Source: an uncultured Armatimonadetes bacterium (GTDB lineage: Bacteria > Armatimonadota > UBA5829 > DTJY01). Taken from it: 64,000 bases of DNA. The position numbers and the translations under genes are program-made. The stretch spans positions 928,001-992,000 of the forward strand of contig OY970325.1 of the NCBI GenBank assembly GCA_963717145.1, given 5' to 3'. Every line of letters begins with the position of its first letter. Position 1 is the first letter of the stretch. Positions 61,256 to 64,000 of the stretch are shown in pieces. The notes under the pieces are model-generated. The model was not told where the DNA came from. It saw nothing but the letters and a program-made list of their open reading frames with translations, and did not search any database.

Positions 61256-61630
61256 CTAATCGGTCGGTATTTTCAGGGCCTTCTTGGCCTTGCGAACCAG
61301 CACTTCGGGGTCGAAAGGCTTCATGATGTAATCCGAGACCCATAGCTGTCGCGCCTCATCGACCGTGATGCTGGCCGTCTTTGCCGTCAACATGATCACC
61401 GGAGTCTTCGAAGTCTTTCGGCGGGACCGGATCTGCCTCAGGACCTCCATTCCGTCCATCAGCGGCATCATGATATCGAGCAGCACAAGGTCGGGTGCTT
61501 CGGCCTCGACCATCGCCAGTGCACTCGGGCCGTCGCCTGCCATTATGGTCTCAAAGCCTTCCTTTTCGAACCTGAACTGCAACAGCCGGACGACATCGGC
61601 CTCGTCATCGACAATCAGCACTTTCGGCAT
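61256..61630 (-). CDS. Stand-alone response regulator receiver
   Basis: VLIVDDE, DLVLLDIMMP.MDG, MLTA, KPF. Confidence 0.93.
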   Translation of the reverse strand: MPKVLIVDDEADVVRLLQFRFEKEGFETIMAGDGPSALAMVEAEAPDLVLLDIMMPLMDGMEVLRQIRSRRKTSKTPVIMLTAKTASITVDEARQLWVSDYIMKPFDPEVLVRKAKKALKIPTD

Positions 61631-61708
61631 TGCATTACCTCCCGCAAAATCATTTCGACCACACTACCATCATTCCGAGTAGCCCGGGGTGCTCTCTGGT
61701 GGTAACTA

Positions 61709-63955
61709 TCACACACCCGGAGCGGATATCGGTATCGTGAAGCTAAAGGTACTGCCGTGGCCCTTTTCGCTTTCCACCCATATCTTTCCTCCGTGCATCT
61801 CCACGAGATGCTTGGTGATAGCCAGACCGAGGCCCGTTCCCCTGATCTGTTTGACCGCATTATTCTCGCCTCGGTAGAACATCTGGAACAGCTTGCCTCG
61901 CTCCTCCGGTGCGATACCCATTCCGGCGTCGATCACCTTGACCAGCACATTCTTGTCGACGTGATAGGCCGCGAGCTTGATCGTCGTAGAGTCGGGGCTG
62001 TACTTCAGCGCATTGGAGACCAGGTTGGCGATGATCTGCCCGAGCCTGTGGGAATCCGCGCGTACCATCGGGATGCCGGGCTCGATGTCGGTCAGTATTG
62101 TGATGCCCTTATCATCCGCGAGAGCCTTCAACGAATCGAGTTCGTGCTCGAACAGGTCCTTGAGATCGAGCGGCTCGAGCACGAGGTCAAGCCTGCCCGA
62201 CTGGATCTTGGAGATGTCGAGAAGATCGTTCACGAGAGCGACCAGCCTATCAGTGTTTCGGCTGACCGTATTCAGGAACTCGCACTGAATCTCATTGAGA
62301 TCGCCGGAATGACCCGCGACCATGAGCTTCACGTATCCCTGAATCGATGTCAGCGGCGTGCGCAACTCATGCGACACCAGAGAGACGAACTCGGTCTTGA
62401 GATGGCTGATCTCCTCCAGTGCGCGGCGGGTGACCTCTTCCTTGAGCAGGCGTTCGTCGAGCATCGCCCGTTGGAGCGCGATCGCGGCGGTGCGTGCGGC
62501 TGTCTGCAGCAATTCCAATTCGGAGGGCTGCAGTTTCCTGACGTCCCGGTAATAGAGGCTGAGCACACCGATGGGAGCATCAGCCGGGATGAGTGGTACC
62601 GCGACCACGGACGTGTAGCCGTCCATGCGCGCCATCTCCCGCCACGCCGCAAACCGTCGATCCTTGAAGATGTTGTTCACCGCACAGATGCGCTTGTTCC
62701 GTATCGCGAAGGCCGCGGGGCTCTGTCCGGTTGGCGTGTTGGGAGCAAGCGGCATCTGCACGTTCTCGTTCGCCACTTTGGTGTATTCGTCGGTGATGCC
62801 CCAGATCGCCCCGGTCATGAGGAACTCGCCGGTCTCATCGAGCATCCGAAGTGAACCGAACTTCGCGCCGAACGACTGGCTGATGTGGGTGACCGTAAAC
62901 GTCTGGACGCCGGGAACGTCGGGCGTCGATGCGAGTTCCTGAGCGAGGCGATAGAGTATCTTCTGCTCGGAAAGACGACGCTTCGCTTGATCGTACAGCC
63001 GAGTGTTCTCGATGGCGACGGCCGCCTGACCCGCCAGAATGAGCAGCAGGTTCTGATCCTCTTCCGTGAACCATTTCGGTTCTCGACATGCCAGTGTTAT
63101 CACGCCGATCGTTCGTCCCTCGAGAAGCAGAGGCACCGAAATCAGCGATGAGAGCGGCTCGACATCCCGGGGATAGTAATCAAGGCGCGACTCGCTTCTG
63201 GCGTCGTTCACGATGAGCGGTCGGCCCTGTTCAGCGACCCAGCCCGGCACACCCTGGCCGACCTTGAGCATCCGGATCCGCTTGAGCGTTTGCTGGCTGA
63301 AGCCCCTGGAGGCTCGGATTGGCAGGTCGCCGGTATTCGTATCTATGAGCCGGATGCTGCTCGTATCGGTCCCGAGCAAACGGTTGGCCTCGTCCATGAC
63401 GACGTTCAGCGCCCACCTCATATCTGTGGATGCGCCTATCGTCTGGGCGACCTTCGATATCGCAACCAGCGCCGCCGAGCGTTGACGAGCCTCCTCGAGC
63501 AAACGCGCGGTCTCGATGGCGGCGCCCGCCTGGTTTGCGAGCAGGAAGACCGGCTCCATGCGCTCTGAAAGTATGCGGCCGGAGCGGTTCCAGAAAACCG
63601 CCAGTACTCCCGCGGGTGAATCCTTGTAGACGATCGGCACTATGACGGCGGCCTTGATGGAGGTTTCCTCGGCGAGCGCACGAAGGCCCTCGTGTTCCGA
63701 AATGTCCGTGAGGATGACGGGGACGAAGGACCCTGTGGAGTCGGACTGGAGCCGGTCCTCGAGGACGTTTATCAACTCCCTGGCGACACGCGCGGGCAGA
63801 TTATGGCTCGCGCTGTAGAAGAAAACTTTGCGCTGGTTGTCATGCAGGGCGAGCCAGCTTGCATCGGCGGTGGCGAGGTTGACCGCCGCCTCGACCACGG
63901 TCCGCGCGAGGTCGTTCAGTTCCGGGCTCGGCGGAGAGCATCCGCCCGATCTCAT
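61709..63955 (-). CDS. Three-GAF sensor histidine kinase
   Basis: Three GAF domains, [25 protein letters not shown]. Start uncertain near the window edge. Confidence 0.92.
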   Translation of the reverse strand: MRSGGCSPPSPELNDLARTVVEAAVNLATADASWLALHDNQRKVFFYSASHNLPARVARELINVLEDRLQSDSTGSFVPVILTDISEHEGLRALAEETSIKAAVIVPIVYKDSPAGVLAVFWNRSGRILSERMEPVFLLANQAGAAIETARLLEEARQRSAALVAISKVAQTIGASTDMRWALNVVMDEANRLLGTDTSSIRLIDTNTGDLPIRASRGFSQQTLKRIRMLKVGQGVPGWVAEQGRPLIVNDARSESRLDYYPRDVEPLSSLISVPLLLEGRTIGVITLACREPKWFTEEDQNLLLILAGQAAVAIENTRLYDQAKRRLSEQKILYRLAQELASTPDVPGVQTFTVTHISQSFGAKFGSLRMLDETGEFLMTGAIWGITDEYTKVANENVQMPLAPNTPTGQSPAAFAIRNKRICAVNNIFKDRRFAAWREMARMDGYTSVVAVPLIPADAPIGVLSLYYRDVRKLQPSELELLQTAARTAAIALQRAMLDERLLKEEVTRRALEEISHLKTEFVSLVSHELRTPLTSIQGYVKLMVAGHSGDLNEIQCEFLNTVSRNTDRLVALVNDLLDISKIQSGRLDLVLEPLDLKDLFEHELDSLKALADDKGITILTDIEPGIPMVRADSHRLGQIIANLVSNALKYSPDSTTIKLAAYHVDKNVLVKVIDAGMGIAPEERGKLFQMFYRGENNAVKQIRGTGLGLAITKHLVEMHGGKIWVESEKGHGSTFSFTIPISAPGV

Positions 63956-64000
63956 AGAGAGTGGACAGCTCCCAGTGCAGGTCTCTCATGCGAGAGCGCT

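Noticed and set aside
31816-63955. Numerous long antisense or overlapping ORFs in the track (e.g. 41996-43276, 45264-46439, 50523-51938)
   Set aside because: Shadow frames of well-supported genes in GC-rich DNA.

Overview
GC-rich bacterial DNA, most likely an Armatimonadota-type genome. This is an inference from the C-terminal domain of the secreted proteins, the PEP-CTERM gene and overall gene content. The window has two parts. (1) Positions 1-31,490 are the right-hand part of an integrative element inserted at tRNA-Glu(TTC); its left end lies outside the window. It carries a UvrD-helicase tail, a DUF932 gene and several hypotheticals, a wHTH regulator followed by 12-bp direct repeats, and a DUF3854-DUF927 primase-helicase followed by a GGGAAC iteron cluster. 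It also carries a Cre-like tyrosine recombinase with a lox-like site, a 6,423-aa secreted multidomain protein with near-perfect internal tandem repeats, a PEP-CTERM protein, an excisionase-like HTH, and a large serine integrase whose stop codon lies inside the tRNA. (2) Positions 31.5-64 kb are core chromosome: GH130, ADH, FprA/rubredoxin, SDR, dapA, a TGS GTPase, radical SAM, MFS, YjbQ, a PAS kinase, sugar-catabolism genes, S8 and HtrA proteases and a two-component pair. Its intergenic spaces hold several unrelated REP-like palindrome families. The most notable observation is that the island's giant protein and the chromosomal S8 protease, otherwise unrelated, both have signal peptides and end in the same ~200-aa domain, a candidate lineage-specific C-terminal sorting/anchoring signal. 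Several single-base frameshifts look like long-read assembly errors. All domain names come from motif recognition by eye, not database searches.
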